From NCBI GenBank assembly GCA_964595465.1, contig CAZQQI010000001.1, forward strand, positions 68,952-132,951: 64,000 bases of DNA. Direction: 5' to 3'. Source of the stretch: an uncultured Planctomycetales bacterium. Lineage in GTDB: Bacteria; Omnitrophota; Gorgyraeia; Zapsychrales; JANLHA01. The position numbers and the translations under genes are program-made. The notes below the pieces were generated by a model, which worked only from the letters and a program-made list of their open reading frames with translations, searched no databases and had not been told where the DNA came from. Each line of letters begins with the position of its first letter. The first letter of the stretch is position 1. This document shows, piece after piece, positions 18,175 to 28,788 of the stretch.

Positions 18175-19388
18175 CAGGCTTGTATAAGTTGGGCCATGTT
18201 CAGGATCGGCATAAACAGAGCGATAACAATAAACCCTATCACAATCCCCAGCACACCGATAATGACCGGTTCAATAATGCTGGTCAGACCCGCGACCGCA
18301 GCGTCGACCTGGTCTTCATAAAACTCCGCGATCTTATTGAGCATCGTCTGCAGCTTGCCGGATTTTTCGCCGATGGCGATCATGCGGGTGACCATCGGCG
18401 GAAAAACAGGGCTTTTGAGCAGGGGCGCGGCAATACTTTCCCCTTCTCGCACAGCCTCTTTAACATTGTCGACGACCAGCTCAATAACCCGGTTCCCGCT
18501 GCTTTTTCCGACAATATCCAGAGAATCAAGAATCGGAACACCGCTTTGCAGAAGGATGGCCAAAGTGCGGCTGAACCGGCTGATAGCGACCTTGCGCAGA
18601 AGATCTCCGAACAGCGGCATCTTCAGCAACACCCGGTCCACGGCAAGACGCCCTGTATCGGTTTGATACCATTTGGCAACAGCAACGCTGAAGATCACGA
18701 TGCCGCCGGCCAGCCAGGGAAGGCCCCATTGAAAAAATTCACTAATACTGATCAGCAGCTTGGTCAGGCCGGGAAGTTCGGCATCGAAAGAATCATAGAT
18801 CCCGGCAAATGACGGAACGACTTTGACCATAAGAACGGTCGTGATCACCATTGCCATAAAAACCACCACACAAGGGTAGACCAAAGCCGATTTAACCTTG
18901 CGCTTCAGCTTCAAGGTTTTTTCCATATACCCGGCTACCCTGTCCAGAATCGTGCTCAGGACACCGCCGGTCTCCCCGACACGGACCATATTCACGAAGA
19001 GGGCATCAAAGACCTTAGGATGTTTGGCGAAGGCTGACGAAAGGCTGTTGCCCAGCTGGATCTCATCGCGGAGAGAGGCAATCACCTGCTGAAAATACGG
19101 ACTGCTCATCTGGTCATGCAGGGCTTCAAGCGCCTGCAGGATCGGGATTCCCGCTTCGATCATGGTGGCCAGCTGGCGGGCAAAGATCACCAGATCGTCC
19201 GGTTTGACCTTTTTGCCGCGGACCTTTTTCTTCCCTCCGTCGGCGCCTTCCTTGACCTGGACCACAGACACGACCATCAGATCGCGGCTGCGCAATTCCT
19301 TGACGACAGCGTCTTCATTCTCCGCGCTGATATTGCCGGTAATATCCCGGGCATTATGATCTTTGGCGGTATATTTAAAATTCGGCAT
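18174..19388 (-). CDS. pilC: Type IV pilus platform protein PilC (GspF family)
   Basis: FARQLATMIEAGIPI, GETGGVL, GEKSGKL and EP...LFMP motifs. Confidence 0.95.
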   Translation of the reverse strand: MPNFKYTAKDHNARDITGNISAENEDAVVKELRSRDLMVVSVVQVKEGADGGKKKVRGKKVKPDDLVIFARQLATMIEAGIPILQALEALHDQMSSPYFQQVIASLRDEIQLGNSLSSAFAKHPKVFDALFVNMVRVGETGGVLSTILDRVAGYMEKTLKLKRKVKSALVYPCVVVFMAMVITTVLMVKVVPSFAGIYDSFDAELPGLTKLLISISEFFQWGLPWLAGGIVIFSVAVAKWYQTDTGRLAVDRVLLKMPLFGDLLRKVAISRFSRTLAILLQSGVPILDSLDIVGKSSGNRVIELVVDNVKEAVREGESIAAPLLKSPVFPPMVTRMIAIGEKSGKLQTMLNKIAEFYEDQVDAAVAGLTSIIEPVIIGVLGIVIGFIVIALFMPILNMAQLIQA

Positions 19389-19496
19389 AACATCCTCTCC
19401 GGTTCAGACAGCGGATCATCCAGCCATGCGGCGCCCGCATAATTTATTTTAACATTATAAAAAAGGGTTCAAATGCTTTTCTTGAATTTTTCAATA

Positions 19497-21203
19497 CTAT
19501 TCACTGGATGCAACACGGAAAACTTCTTCCAGGGTCGTTTCTCCCCGGGCGAATTTTTCCAGCATATCCTGCCACAATGTCAGCATCCCGTTCTGCTCAC
19601 AGGCATAGCGTTTAATCTCATCGGACGACTTCCCTCTGATCAAAAGGTCCCGCACGACATCATCGATCTCAAGAACCTCGGTCACACCGGAACGCCCCTG
19701 GTATCCGGTCTGCCGGCAGCGTTCACAGCCCTTGCCCTCATAAAATACGGTACCTTCAGGAAATTCATAATCGAGGCGCTTAAGAACGTCAGCCGGGATG
19801 TCTACCCTCTTTTTACAGGACGGACAGATCTTGCGGCACAGCCTCTGCGCGCAGACCAGAACCAGACTCGATGATACCAGAAACGGCTCCACCCCCATAT
19901 CGACAAGACGGGTCAAAGCACCGGCCGCGTCATTGGTATGCAGGGTCGAAAAAACCAGCTGGCCGGTCAGCGATGCCTTGATCGCAATATCGGCGGTCTC
20001 GCCGTCACGGATCTCTCCGACCATCACAATATCCGGGCTTTGACGCAAAATCGCGCGAAGAGCCGAAGCAAACGTCAGCCCGATTTCTGAACGCACTTCG
20101 ATCTGAGTCAAACCTTCTATCAAATATTCTACAGGGTCCTCGACAGTAATAATATTCCGCTCAACAGTGTTGAGTTCATTAATGATGGAATACAGGGTGG
20201 TAGACTTCCCGCTTCCGGTCGGGCCGGTCACCAGCACCATCCCGAAAGGTTTATACATGCCCTCTGCCATCAGTTCATGCGAGCGCGGGGAGAACCCTAA
20301 GCCCTCCAGGCCCACACCCAGGTTCTTTTTATCCAGTACCCGCAGGACGACCTTTTGCCCGAAGGTCGTCGGAAGCAGGGAAACGCGGAAGTCCACTTCT
20401 TTCCCGGCAGTGCGCATTTTGAACCGTCCGTCCTGAGGGGCGCGGGCAACGGTAATGTCAATGCGGGACATAATCTTAATGCGGACAATAACCGCGTTCT
20501 GATTCGCTTTGGGGATATTCATCACATCCTGCAGCACACCGTCAACGCGGTAACGCACACGGACCTGCTCATCCATAGGTTCAATATGGATATCAGAAGC
20601 GCGCTGTTTCAGGGCTTCGCGGATAATGAGATTAACCATGCGGATGATCGGCGCCTGCTCTCCTTCATCAGCGTTGATCTGCTCCTCATCGAGGTCGTCC
20701 TCGCTGACGATCTGAAAATCTTCGACGCTGAGATCACGGCTGACATCTTTTACGCTCTGTTCATCTTGAGAACCGTAATACTGATCGATCGCTGACAGGA
20801 TATCACTTTCGGTACTCATCACGACATCTATCTCGCTACCGGTAATACTCTTGAGGTCATCGATCACGAAAATATTCAAAGGGTCAGCGATCGCGACGGT
20901 GATCGTATCCTTCAGTTTCGAAAGAGGAACAATTTTATACTGCCGGGCCACTTTTTCAGAAATGATCTCTCTCAGCTCCGGCGTGATCTTGTATTTTTTC
21001 AGATTAATAAACGGAATGCGCAGTTCTTTAACAAGAGAAACCAGCCGGTCTTCTTCCTGGATCAGTCCCATTTCGATCAGGGCGCGATCCAAACCGATAC
21101 GTTTTTTGCGGCGCAGTTCTTCGGCTGCGTCCAAATCGTTGGGAGAAATATGAAAGGTCTCGACCAGACTACGGTTGATCTTTTGCTGAAGAGTTTTCGC
21201 CAT
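19497..21203 (-). CDS. pilB: PilB/GspE assembly ATPase (copy 2)
   Basis: ASDIHIEP, GPTGSGKST, TVEDPVEY, LRQSPD, GEIRD, STLHTN and a Zn-binding CxxC...CxxC. Confidence 0.9.
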   Translation of the reverse strand: MAKTLQQKINRSLVETFHISPNDLDAAEELRRKKRIGLDRALIEMGLIQEEDRLVSLVKELRIPFINLKKYKITPELREIISEKVARQYKIVPLSKLKDTITVAIADPLNIFVIDDLKSITGSEIDVVMSTESDILSAIDQYYGSQDEQSVKDVSRDLSVEDFQIVSEDDLDEEQINADEGEQAPIIRMVNLIIREALKQRASDIHIEPMDEQVRVRYRVDGVLQDVMNIPKANQNAVIVRIKIMSRIDITVARAPQDGRFKMRTAGKEVDFRVSLLPTTFGQKVVLRVLDKKNLGVGLEGLGFSPRSHELMAEGMYKPFGMVLVTGPTGSGKSTTLYSIINELNTVERNIITVEDPVEYLIEGLTQIEVRSEIGLTFASALRAILRQSPDIVMVGEIRDGETADIAIKASLTGQLVFSTLHTNDAAGALTRLVDMGVEPFLVSSSLVLVCAQRLCRKICPSCKKRVDIPADVLKRLDYEFPEGTVFYEGKGCERCRQTGYQGRSGVTEVLEIDDVVRDLLIRGKSSDEIKRYACEQNGMLTLWQDMLEKFARGETTLEEVFRVASSE

Positions 21204-21204
21204 A

Positions 21205-22947
21205 TCAGGTTACCGCTTCTTTTTGTTCATCATCCGGCGCCGTCACCCTGAGGACCTCTTCCAGGGATGTGTGCCCGCCCAGGGCTTTATGCAGGCCGTC
21301 CTCCCGCATGGTGGTCATGCCGTCACGCCGCCCGGCCGCTTTAATGCACAGCTCCCCTTTGTCATTCAGGATCTCTTCACGGACAGACGGTGTCAGCACC
21401 AGGATCTCAGAGATCACCACACGACCGATATAACCGGTCTGCAGACATTTCTCACAGCCTTTTCCCCGGAACAGGACGATCTCCTGATCTTCCACCAGAC
21501 GGGCCAGCCCCACTCTCTGAACAACCTCTTCCGGGACGGTATAGGTTTCTTTACAGTGAGGACAGATCCGCCGGACCAAACGCTGCCCGAGGATCGCCAC
21601 CACTGACGAGCACAACAGGAAAGGTTCAATGCCCATGTTCATCATCCGCACCACGGATCCCGCCGCTGTGGTGGTATGCAGAGAGCTCAACACCAGGTGC
21701 CCGGTCAAAGCGGACTTCACGGCGATATCCAGTGTCTCGGTATCACGGATCTCACCGATCATAATAATATCCGGGTCCTGCCGGAGAATCGAACGCAGAG
21801 ACGAGGAGAAAGTAAGCCCGACGGATGGCTGAACATTGACCTGGTTCATGCCTTTGATCTGATATTCAACAGGGTCCTCGACGGTCACAATATTTTTTTC
21901 GGGTGAGTCCACACATTTTAAGATCGAATACAGCGTGGTGGTCTTCCCGCTTCCTGTCGGACCGCAGGAGAGAATCATGCCGTGCGGCCTGCCAGCGGCT
22001 TCTTTAAGACGTTTAAGATCATGCGGTTCAAATCCCAATCTTTCCAGGTCCAGCATGCCGGCGGATTTATCCAAGACCCTCAGGACGATCTTTTCGCCGA
22101 ACGCTGTCGGCAGGACATTGACACGAAAGTCCACCTCTTTCCCGCCGTCAAGCACGGTCTTAAACCGGCCGTCCTGGGGGAGACGGTGTTCAGAAATATC
22201 CAAATTACAAACCACTTTGATCCGGGATATAATGGGCTGATGCAGAGCTTTGGCCAGCTGGTCGATCTCCCGGATAATACCGTCAATGCGGTAGCGGATA
22301 CGAACGGTCGCCTCCATCGGTTCAATAAAAACATCGCTGGCCTTGGCGGTCACGGACTGCTTGATAATCGTATCGGTCAGCTTAATGATCGGGGCATCTT
22401 CAATGATGTCCTCCACCGTCACATCTCGTTCAGTACCGCTGCCTTCTTTAATAAGCTCCAATTCTTCAGCGTCCTGCATATCCTTGATAATATCCTGCAG
22501 GGCCTCGGACGAATCTTCGGAATAATAATGCTCAATAGTCTGCTGGATCTGATCCGGACGTCCGATAATTGGGATGATATTCAGACCCGTCAGCATTTTT
22601 AAATTATCAACGACAAAAATATTCAGCGGATCGGCCATAGCGATGGTGAGATTTTCACCTATTTTCGATACCGGCATAATACGGTTCTTTTCAGCAACCT
22701 CACGGGGAATCAGCCTAAGAACATCCGGGGTGATCTTAAGACGGGAAATATCAATCGGCGGCATCCCCAGCCCCTCGCTCAGCGCGTGAGTCAGGTCATC
22801 TTCCTGCACGAATTTCATGTCGACCAAAATACGGCTAAGCTCGCCGCCGGACTTTTTCTGCTCAGCCAGGGCCTTTTTCAAGCCTTCTTCGGAAAGGATT
22901 TTATCGCGGATCAGGATCTGTTGTAGGCGGTCTTTAAGTGAGATCAT
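21205..22947 (-). CDS. pilB: PilB/GspE assembly ATPase (copy 1)
   Basis: GPTGSGKTT, TVEDPVEY, LRQDPD, GEIRD, TGHLVLSSLH, Zn-binding Cys4 and a degenerate MshEN N-terminus. Confidence 0.9.
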   Translation of the reverse strand: MISLKDRLQQILIRDKILSEEGLKKALAEQKKSGGELSRILVDMKFVQEDDLTHALSEGLGMPPIDISRLKITPDVLRLIPREVAEKNRIMPVSKIGENLTIAMADPLNIFVVDNLKMLTGLNIIPIIGRPDQIQQTIEHYYSEDSSEALQDIIKDMQDAEELELIKEGSGTERDVTVEDIIEDAPIIKLTDTIIKQSVTAKASDVFIEPMEATVRIRYRIDGIIREIDQLAKALHQPIISRIKVVCNLDISEHRLPQDGRFKTVLDGGKEVDFRVNVLPTAFGEKIVLRVLDKSAGMLDLERLGFEPHDLKRLKEAAGRPHGMILSCGPTGSGKTTTLYSILKCVDSPEKNIVTVEDPVEYQIKGMNQVNVQPSVGLTFSSSLRSILRQDPDIIMIGEIRDTETLDIAVKSALTGHLVLSSLHTTTAAGSVVRMMNMGIEPFLLCSSVVAILGQRLVRRICPHCKETYTVPEEVVQRVGLARLVEDQEIVLFRGKGCEKCLQTGYIGRVVISEILVLTPSVREEILNDKGELCIKAAGRRDGMTTMREDGLHKALGGHTSLEEVLRVTAPDDEQKEAVT

Positions 22948-23003
22948 ATTATCTGTTGCTCATGGACTCACGGCGCCTTGTTTATGACGGAACATCCCGT
23001 CCA

Positions 23004-23453
23004 TCAAGACTGACCGTAATATTTAGATATGGCCTCTTTAATATCTGCGGATGTGCTGACAAATGTCTGAACCGTACAGCCAGTCAGCATCTCGACTTCG
23101 TCTAAAGCCGCGGTGTTCAGCGGGTCGCCCATGGCGACGGTCAGACTTTTGCCGATCTTATCAATGGGAATAAGACAAAAACGGCAGCATACATCTTCCG
23201 GCACGGCGTTTATGACTTCCTCGTCGATCTCATAGTTGGTCAGAGGTAAATATGGAAATCCATACTGACAGGTCAGCGCCTGAGCAATATCTTCCTCTGT
23301 GGCGAATTTCAATTTCACCAGGACTTCACCGAAAAGCCCTCCATTTTCTTTCTGATAGGACATCGCCGCGGCGACCTGCTCCTGGCTGATCACGCCGCGT
23401 TCAACAAGAAGCTCGCCGAGCTGTTTATGTGATGTCCGCTTGATATCTCTCAT
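23004..23453 (-). CDS. Stand-alone MshEN/GSPII_N domain protein (c-di-GMP receptor candidate)
   Basis: KQLGELLVERGVISQEQVAAAMSYQKENGGLFGEVLVKLKFATEEDIAQAL tandem MshEN motifs; LTVAMGDP; no ATPase domain. Confidence 0.85.
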   Translation of the reverse strand: MRDIKRTSHKQLGELLVERGVISQEQVAAAMSYQKENGGLFGEVLVKLKFATEEDIAQALTCQYGFPYLPLTNYEIDEEVINAVPEDVCCRFCLIPIDKIGKSLTVAMGDPLNTAALDEVEMLTGCTVQTFVSTSADIKEAISKYYGQS

Positions 23454-23511
23454 GACACATCTTTTCGATACATTTTGCTTGCTTACAATAAAATAATATA
23501 AATATAATTCT

Positions 23512-23540
23512 ATTGTACTATAGCGCCTGCATGAGTACAA
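23512..23540 (-). promoter_or_regulatory. Sigma70-like promoter for the pilus motor operon
   Basis: TTGTAC-N17-TACAAT; near-symmetric on both strands. Confidence 0.5.
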
Positions 23541-23561
23541 ATAGATTCAGGATTCTCCGCA

Positions 23562-24671
23562 TCAAAAAATGGTGCGTCTTTTGCTCAGGTTCAAAAGAAG
23601 GCCCATCATGATCATGAAGATCAGAAAAGACGACCGGCCATAGCTGATCAGGGGCAATGTCAGCCCCACGACCGGGCATAGCCCCAAAACCATGCCGATA
23701 TTGATCACCACCTGCAGGGTCAAAATAGAAATGATGCCGACCGCCAGCAGGGTGCCGTAACGGTCTTTGACCTGCTCGGCGACCTTAAGACCCGCAAAGA
23801 TCAAAACAGCGTAACAGAACAGGACCAGCAAGGTCCCCACAACACCCCACTCTTCTCCGATAACTGAAAAAATAAAATCGGTATGCCGTTCAGGCAGAAA
23901 ATTGAGCTGATTCTGTGTTCCCGACAGCCAGCCTTTCCCGATCACCTGACCCGAACCGATGGCGATCTTGGACTGAATAATAGTATATCCCGCCCCAAGC
24001 GGATCAATATTCGGATTCAGAAAGACCAGCAAGCGGTCTTTCTGATAAGGTTTCAGAATCTGCCAGCCAAAGGGAACCATCAGCAGACACAGTCCTAAAA
24101 AACTTAGCACATAACGGACATCCAGTTCACTCGCGTACAGCACAGCCACAAAGATCCCGATAAACAGCAGAGCCGTCCCCAGATCAGGCTGTTTAAAGAT
24201 CAGCAGCATCGGCACCGCCGTGATCAGGAACGGCACCAGCATATCCTGCCACAACACCCCGCCCCAAAAATCATGCCAGCTGAACGTCAATGCCGGTTTG
24301 CAGGAAGACAGGTAACGCGCCAGTGCCAGAATCACCGCAAGTTTGGCAATCTCCGAAGGCTGAAAACTGATCCCGGCAATGGAAAGCCAGCGGGTCGCGC
24401 CTAAAGCATGGCGCCCGGCGACTAAAACAGCGACCAGCATCAGCACGACGATGCCGTAAAAAATATAGGCGATATCAAACGTGATCCGATAATCCGTGCG
24501 CGACAGAATAAATGTAATGACCAATCCAATCAAAGCAAAGATCAGCTGATCATAGAATACATCCTGAGACACACGGATATTATCAAACGCCGCGCTGTAA
24601 AGCGCGGCCAGACCGATCCCAATGATCATGACCAGGCTTCCCCAGATCAGCATGCCGATATCTCTTCGCAT
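23562..24671 (-). CDS. rodA: Rod shape-determining protein RodA (SEDS)
   Basis: GATRW, FQPSEIAK, QPDLGT, LPERHTDFIF and SYG motifs. Confidence 0.96.
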   Translation of the reverse strand: MRRDIGMLIWGSLVMIIGIGLAALYSAAFDNIRVSQDVFYDQLIFALIGLVITFILSRTDYRITFDIAYIFYGIVVLMLVAVLVAGRHALGATRWLSIAGISFQPSEIAKLAVILALARYLSSCKPALTFSWHDFWGGVLWQDMLVPFLITAVPMLLIFKQPDLGTALLFIGIFVAVLYASELDVRYVLSFLGLCLLMVPFGWQILKPYQKDRLLVFLNPNIDPLGAGYTIIQSKIAIGSGQVIGKGWLSGTQNQLNFLPERHTDFIFSVIGEEWGVVGTLLVLFCYAVLIFAGLKVAEQVKDRYGTLLAVGIISILTLQVVINIGMVLGLCPVVGLTLPLISYGRSSFLIFMIMMGLLLNLSKRRTIF

Positions 24672-24700
24672 GTCTTCCGCCTTTCCCGGACAACCGAAGA

Positions 24701-26416
24701 TTACAGAATATCTTTTTTCTTTAACTGCCGCAGAAAATTCTTCGTAACACGGACAGCATAATAGCTGGACCCGCCGTATTCCAGAAACACACAAAATGCG
24801 ATCCGGCGGGACCCCTGAAGATTATACCCGGCAAACCAGGCATGGGTGTTTTTCCCCGGCGCCGTCTGAGCCGTCCCTGTCTTACCGTAAATTTCAAACC
24901 CCTCCATATCCAGCATCCTGGCTGTGCCCTGGGCGCCGGTTACCGCTGTACGCAGGCCCTGCTGGACCGTATCAAAAATATGGTCTGCAGCACGCACCTT
25001 CCGGCTGGTCGAGAGGGTCACAATGGGCTGATCTCCGACGGCCTTCAGCAAAAACGGCTGGGGCAGCCTGCCGCCTCTGCCCACCGCCGCCATCAAACGC
25101 ACCACCTGCAGAGGCGTGGTCAGGACATCTCCCTGGCCGATCGAGAAATTCAGCGTATCCCCTTTGTACCAGGACCGATCCTCCCGCTTACGGCGTCCGG
25201 CACTGCTGGGGACCCGCCCCTTCTCTTCCGCGGGAAGATCAATGCCGGTCACCTCTCCCAGCCCGAACATCCGGGCATAACCGTGCATCCGGTCAGAACC
25301 CAGCAGCAGACCGATATTGTAATAATAAACATTACACGAATTTCCTAAAGCCTCGACAATACGCTGATTACCATGGACATGGGCGCAGCGGAATTTCCTT
25401 TGGCCCAGTTTATAAAACCCCGGACAATGATAGATCGTCTGTGTGTCGACCTCGCCGGAATCCAAGCCGGCTGCGGTCATGACCACTTTAAAAACAGAAC
25501 CCGGAGGATACTGCCCCTGGACCGCGCGGTTCAGCAACGGAGCCTGAGAATCAAGAAAAAGGGCCCGGCGGGCTTTATCCTCTTTATAATCACTGAAGAC
25601 ATTGGGATCAAAGGACGGAGCACTGACCATTCCCAGAATCTCACCGCTGTCCAGATCCATCACTACGATAGCACCGCTTTTATCTTCCAGAGCTTCGGCC
25701 GCGGCCTGCTGCATGCGGTGATCAATGGTCAAATAAATATCCGTACCTTTTTCGGGCTTACGCAGGCCAAGGAGGCGAACCTGCTGTCCGCGGCTGTCGA
25801 CCTCGATCTGCTGTCCCCCTTCTTTCCCCCGCAAAAACTTATCATAAAACTCTTCAATGCCACTGTAACCGATCAGGCTCTGCCGCGTGTATCCGTAATC
25901 TTTCAGTTTTTTTATTTTCGAACTATCGATCTTTCCGACATATCCCAGGAGGTGCGCGCCCACCCCCTTATCGGGATACCGGCGCCGATAAGACTCCTGA
26001 ACATACAAACCCGGAAACCGGTACCGGTTCTCTTCAATAATCATTGCCGTGGACTGCTCAACATCTTCAGCTACCACGACCGGAGCGAACGGGGTCCTGC
26101 GCCTTCGTTGAAAATTGCGCAGCAGGTGAAGCTTGCTTTTATCCAGGACCTCACTGAGAAACACAAACAGAGCATCTTTCCCAGCAATATCCTGCGGAAT
26201 TACCGCCACATCAAATGACAGACGGCTGCCGGCCAGCAGCTTTCCGTTGCGGTCCAAAATATTTCCGCGCAGGCCCTCCAGAGGAATAACGCGAATGCGG
26301 TTATTCACGCTCAGATGATAATAAAAATTCCCCTTGATCACCTGAACCCATACCAGGTCCAAAGCCAGGACACAAAAACACAAGAGGATCACTATGCGAA
26401 TAATCTTAAGGCGCAT
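24701..26416 (-). CDS. mrdA: Penicillin-binding protein 2
   Basis: RGNILDRNG, PGSVFK (SxxK), SCN and KTGT motifs. Confidence 0.95.
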   Translation of the reverse strand: MRLKIIRIVILLCFCVLALDLVWVQVIKGNFYYHLSVNNRIRVIPLEGLRGNILDRNGKLLAGSRLSFDVAVIPQDIAGKDALFVFLSEVLDKSKLHLLRNFQRRRRTPFAPVVVAEDVEQSTAMIIEENRYRFPGLYVQESYRRRYPDKGVGAHLLGYVGKIDSSKIKKLKDYGYTRQSLIGYSGIEEFYDKFLRGKEGGQQIEVDSRGQQVRLLGLRKPEKGTDIYLTIDHRMQQAAAEALEDKSGAIVVMDLDSGEILGMVSAPSFDPNVFSDYKEDKARRALFLDSQAPLLNRAVQGQYPPGSVFKVVMTAAGLDSGEVDTQTIYHCPGFYKLGQRKFRCAHVHGNQRIVEALGNSCNVYYYNIGLLLGSDRMHGYARMFGLGEVTGIDLPAEEKGRVPSSAGRRKREDRSWYKGDTLNFSIGQGDVLTTPLQVVRLMAAVGRGGRLPQPFLLKAVGDQPIVTLSTSRKVRAADHIFDTVQQGLRTAVTGAQGTARMLDMEGFEIYGKTGTAQTAPGKNTHAWFAGYNLQGSRRIAFCVFLEYGGSSYYAVRVTKNFLRQLKKKDIL

Positions 26417-26883
26417 TGCTTTAGCTTCCGGAAAAGATAGTCAGAAATTATCACGGTCGAAAGGACCTGCGGGATCAGCACCCTCTGAACGGCTGACCAC
26501 AACCCGACCTGCACATACATCATCCGCAGGATATACTGAAGCATAACATACAGAACGGTAATGACAAAAACCATTAACAGACGTGATCCCGCGGAACCGG
26601 TTTCATAAATATACATTTTTAAGGATGTCGTCGCGTACGCGCAAACAAGATACGCAGTTAAATTCAGTCCGAAAGGGTGCGGGCCGAAACTGTCGGCCAT
26701 CAGCCCTCCCATAAAGGCCACCAGAAGACTGTGCCTGATCCCACGGAACAAATTGAAAAAGATGATCACAATGATCAAAAAATTCGGCTGCACCCAATTG
26801 GGGAAAAATTCCGCTACAATATGCTGGCAGACATAAGCAGCTGTAACCGTCAAAAAAATGATCAGGATATTACGCATGTTCAT
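26392..26883 (-). CDS. mreD: Rod shape-determining protein MreD
   Basis: Multi-TM protein with GGLMAD...FG; synteny. Confidence 0.88.
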   Translation of the reverse strand: MNMRNILIIFLTVTAAYVCQHIVAEFFPNWVQPNFLIIVIIFFNLFRGIRHSLLVAFMGGLMADSFGPHPFGLNLTAYLVCAYATTSLKMYIYETGSAGSRLLMVFVITVLYVMLQYILRMMYVQVGLWSAVQRVLIPQVLSTVIISDYLFRKLKQCALRLFA

Positions 26884-26904
26884 TTTCCCCGGACGATACC
26901 GGCA

Positions 26905-27690
26905 TTATTTTTTCAGGATGACCAGGACTTCTTCGATCTGAGATAGAGAAGCGGCCGGTTTGATCAGACAATCGACCACCGGGCTGTTCTTGTGAATATG
27001 GACATCGGTCACTTCACCGATCAAAAGCCCTTCCGGAAAAGACGAGCTCAATTTTGATGTCACAATGAGATCTCCGACCTGAACATCCGCATCGGAAGAC
27101 AAATAACGCATGCGGCACAGACCCTGCAGAGTTCCGGAAACCAGGCCGACTTCACGAGAGCGCTGATCCAGAGCCACCACGGCAAATCCGGGATCAGTCA
27201 CCAAAATCGCTTCTGATTGGTCGACCCCGGCCTCAACAACCTTACCGACAACTCCCAGAGCGCTGACAACCGGCATACCGATATCGACCCCATCAGCCAA
27301 ACCGCGGTCCAGGATGACAGCCGCGTTCCAGCGTGTCGGATCCCGCCCGATCACATTGGCGGCGGCTGATGAATAAACCAGCCTTCTCTGGAATTTCAGC
27401 AGCTGTGCCAACCTGTTGTTTTCTTTTAAAATTTCATCCTGAGATGCCAGACGCTGACGAAGCATTTCATTCTGCCGGCTGAGACGCTTCCATTCTTCAT
27501 ATGTTCGATGATAGAGAACGATCTTCTTCACTTCGCGGACCGGATAAGCGATAAGACGGACAGGGATATTCAGAAAACGGACCAGGGAAAATTTAAACGG
27601 CGAGAGGAGATCCTGACGGACAAACAGCAGGAGAAAGGCGGTCAGCAGGACCAGACCATAGACTATGAATTTGGATCGTTTGCCTGACAC
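26905..27690 (-). CDS. mreC: Rod shape-determining protein MreC
   Basis: ENNRL, LDRG..DGV, GVVGKV and FPEGLLIG motifs. Confidence 0.94.
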   Translation of the reverse strand: MSGKRSKFIVYGLVLLTAFLLLFVRQDLLSPFKFSLVRFLNIPVRLIAYPVREVKKIVLYHRTYEEWKRLSRQNEMLRQRLASQDEILKENNRLAQLLKFQRRLVYSSAAANVIGRDPTRWNAAVILDRGLADGVDIGMPVVSALGVVGKVVEAGVDQSEAILVTDPGFAVVALDQRSREVGLVSGTLQGLCRMRYLSSDADVQVGDLIVTSKLSSSFPEGLLIGEVTDVHIHKNSPVVDCLIKPAASLSQIEEVLVILKK

Positions 27691-27714
27691 TCACGTATTC
27701 GCAGCAATAACGGG

Positions 27715-28788
27715 TTAAAAGTCTAGTTTGGTCGGCACGACCAGACGACGGCGCAGACGTAGCGGCATATTCAGCATTTGCCCGGTCCCCAGGACAACAG
27801 CGGTCAAAGGGTCGTCGGCAATATGCACCGGCAGGCCGGTCTCTTCGGCAATCCGGCGGTCCAGCCCCCTCAGCAGAGACCCCCCGCCGGCCATCACAAT
27901 GCCGCGGTCGATCAGATCTGAAGCCAGCTCCGGAGGCGTGTTCTCCAGTGTGGCCTTGGACGCGTCAACAATAGCCTGAACCGGCTCGTTCAGGGCCTCT
28001 CGGATCTCTTCAGACGTGATCATGATCGTCTTGGGCAATCCAGCGATCAGATCCCGCCCCCGCACATCCATGGTCAATTCCTCTTCCAGAGGATAGGCTG
28101 ATCCGATACGGATCTTGATCTCTTCAGACGTGCGTTCCCCGATCATCAGATTATACGTCTTCTGTAGATAATCAATAATGCCGGTATCCATTTCGTCTCC
28201 AGCTACGCGGATAGACTTGGCATAGACCAGACCACCCAACGAGATCACGGCATATTCTGTGGTTCCGCCCCCGACGTCAATGATCATATTCCCGGCCGCC
28301 TCTTCCACCGGAAGACCGACCCCGATCGCCGCGGATTTTGGCTCCTCGATCAATTCGACCGAGCGAGCGCTGGCGCGTTCGGCAGAATCCTTCACAGCGC
28401 GTTTCTCCACCTCTGTGATCCCGGACGGGATCGCGATCACCATAGCCGGACGGACCAGGACCTTGCGCTTATGCACCTTCTTAATAAAATATTTCAGCAT
28501 AGCTTCAGTCACTTCAAAATCTGAGATCACACCGTCTTTCATCGGGCGGATCGCGACAATATTCCCCGGGGTGCGTCCGAGCATTTTTTTCGCTTCTTCC
28601 CCGACAGCGACCACACGATTGCTGTCTTTCTCGATCGCCACCACAGACGGCTCACACAGAACAACGCCTTCCCCCTTGACATAAACCAGGGTCGTACAGG
28701 TCCCCAGATCGATCCCCATGTCATTGGAGAACAATCCCAGAACATAATTAAATAGCCGCCTCACGGTCTTGAGGATTTTTTGAAACAT
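27715..28788 (-). CDS. mreB: Actin-like MreB
   Basis: [27 protein letters not shown] and GGGSLL motifs. Confidence 0.97.
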   Translation of the reverse strand: MFQKILKTVRRLFNYVLGLFSNDMGIDLGTCTTLVYVKGEGVVLCEPSVVAIEKDSNRVVAVGEEAKKMLGRTPGNIVAIRPMKDGVISDFEVTEAMLKYFIKKVHKRKVLVRPAMVIAIPSGITEVEKRAVKDSAERASARSVELIEEPKSAAIGVGLPVEEAAGNMIIDVGGGTTEYAVISLGGLVYAKSIRVAGDEMDTGIIDYLQKTYNLMIGERTSEEIKIRIGSAYPLEEELTMDVRGRDLIAGLPKTIMITSEEIREALNEPVQAIVDASKATLENTPPELASDLIDRGIVMAGGGSLLRGLDRRIAEETGLPVHIADDPLTAVVLGTGQMLNMPLRLRRRLVVPTKLDF

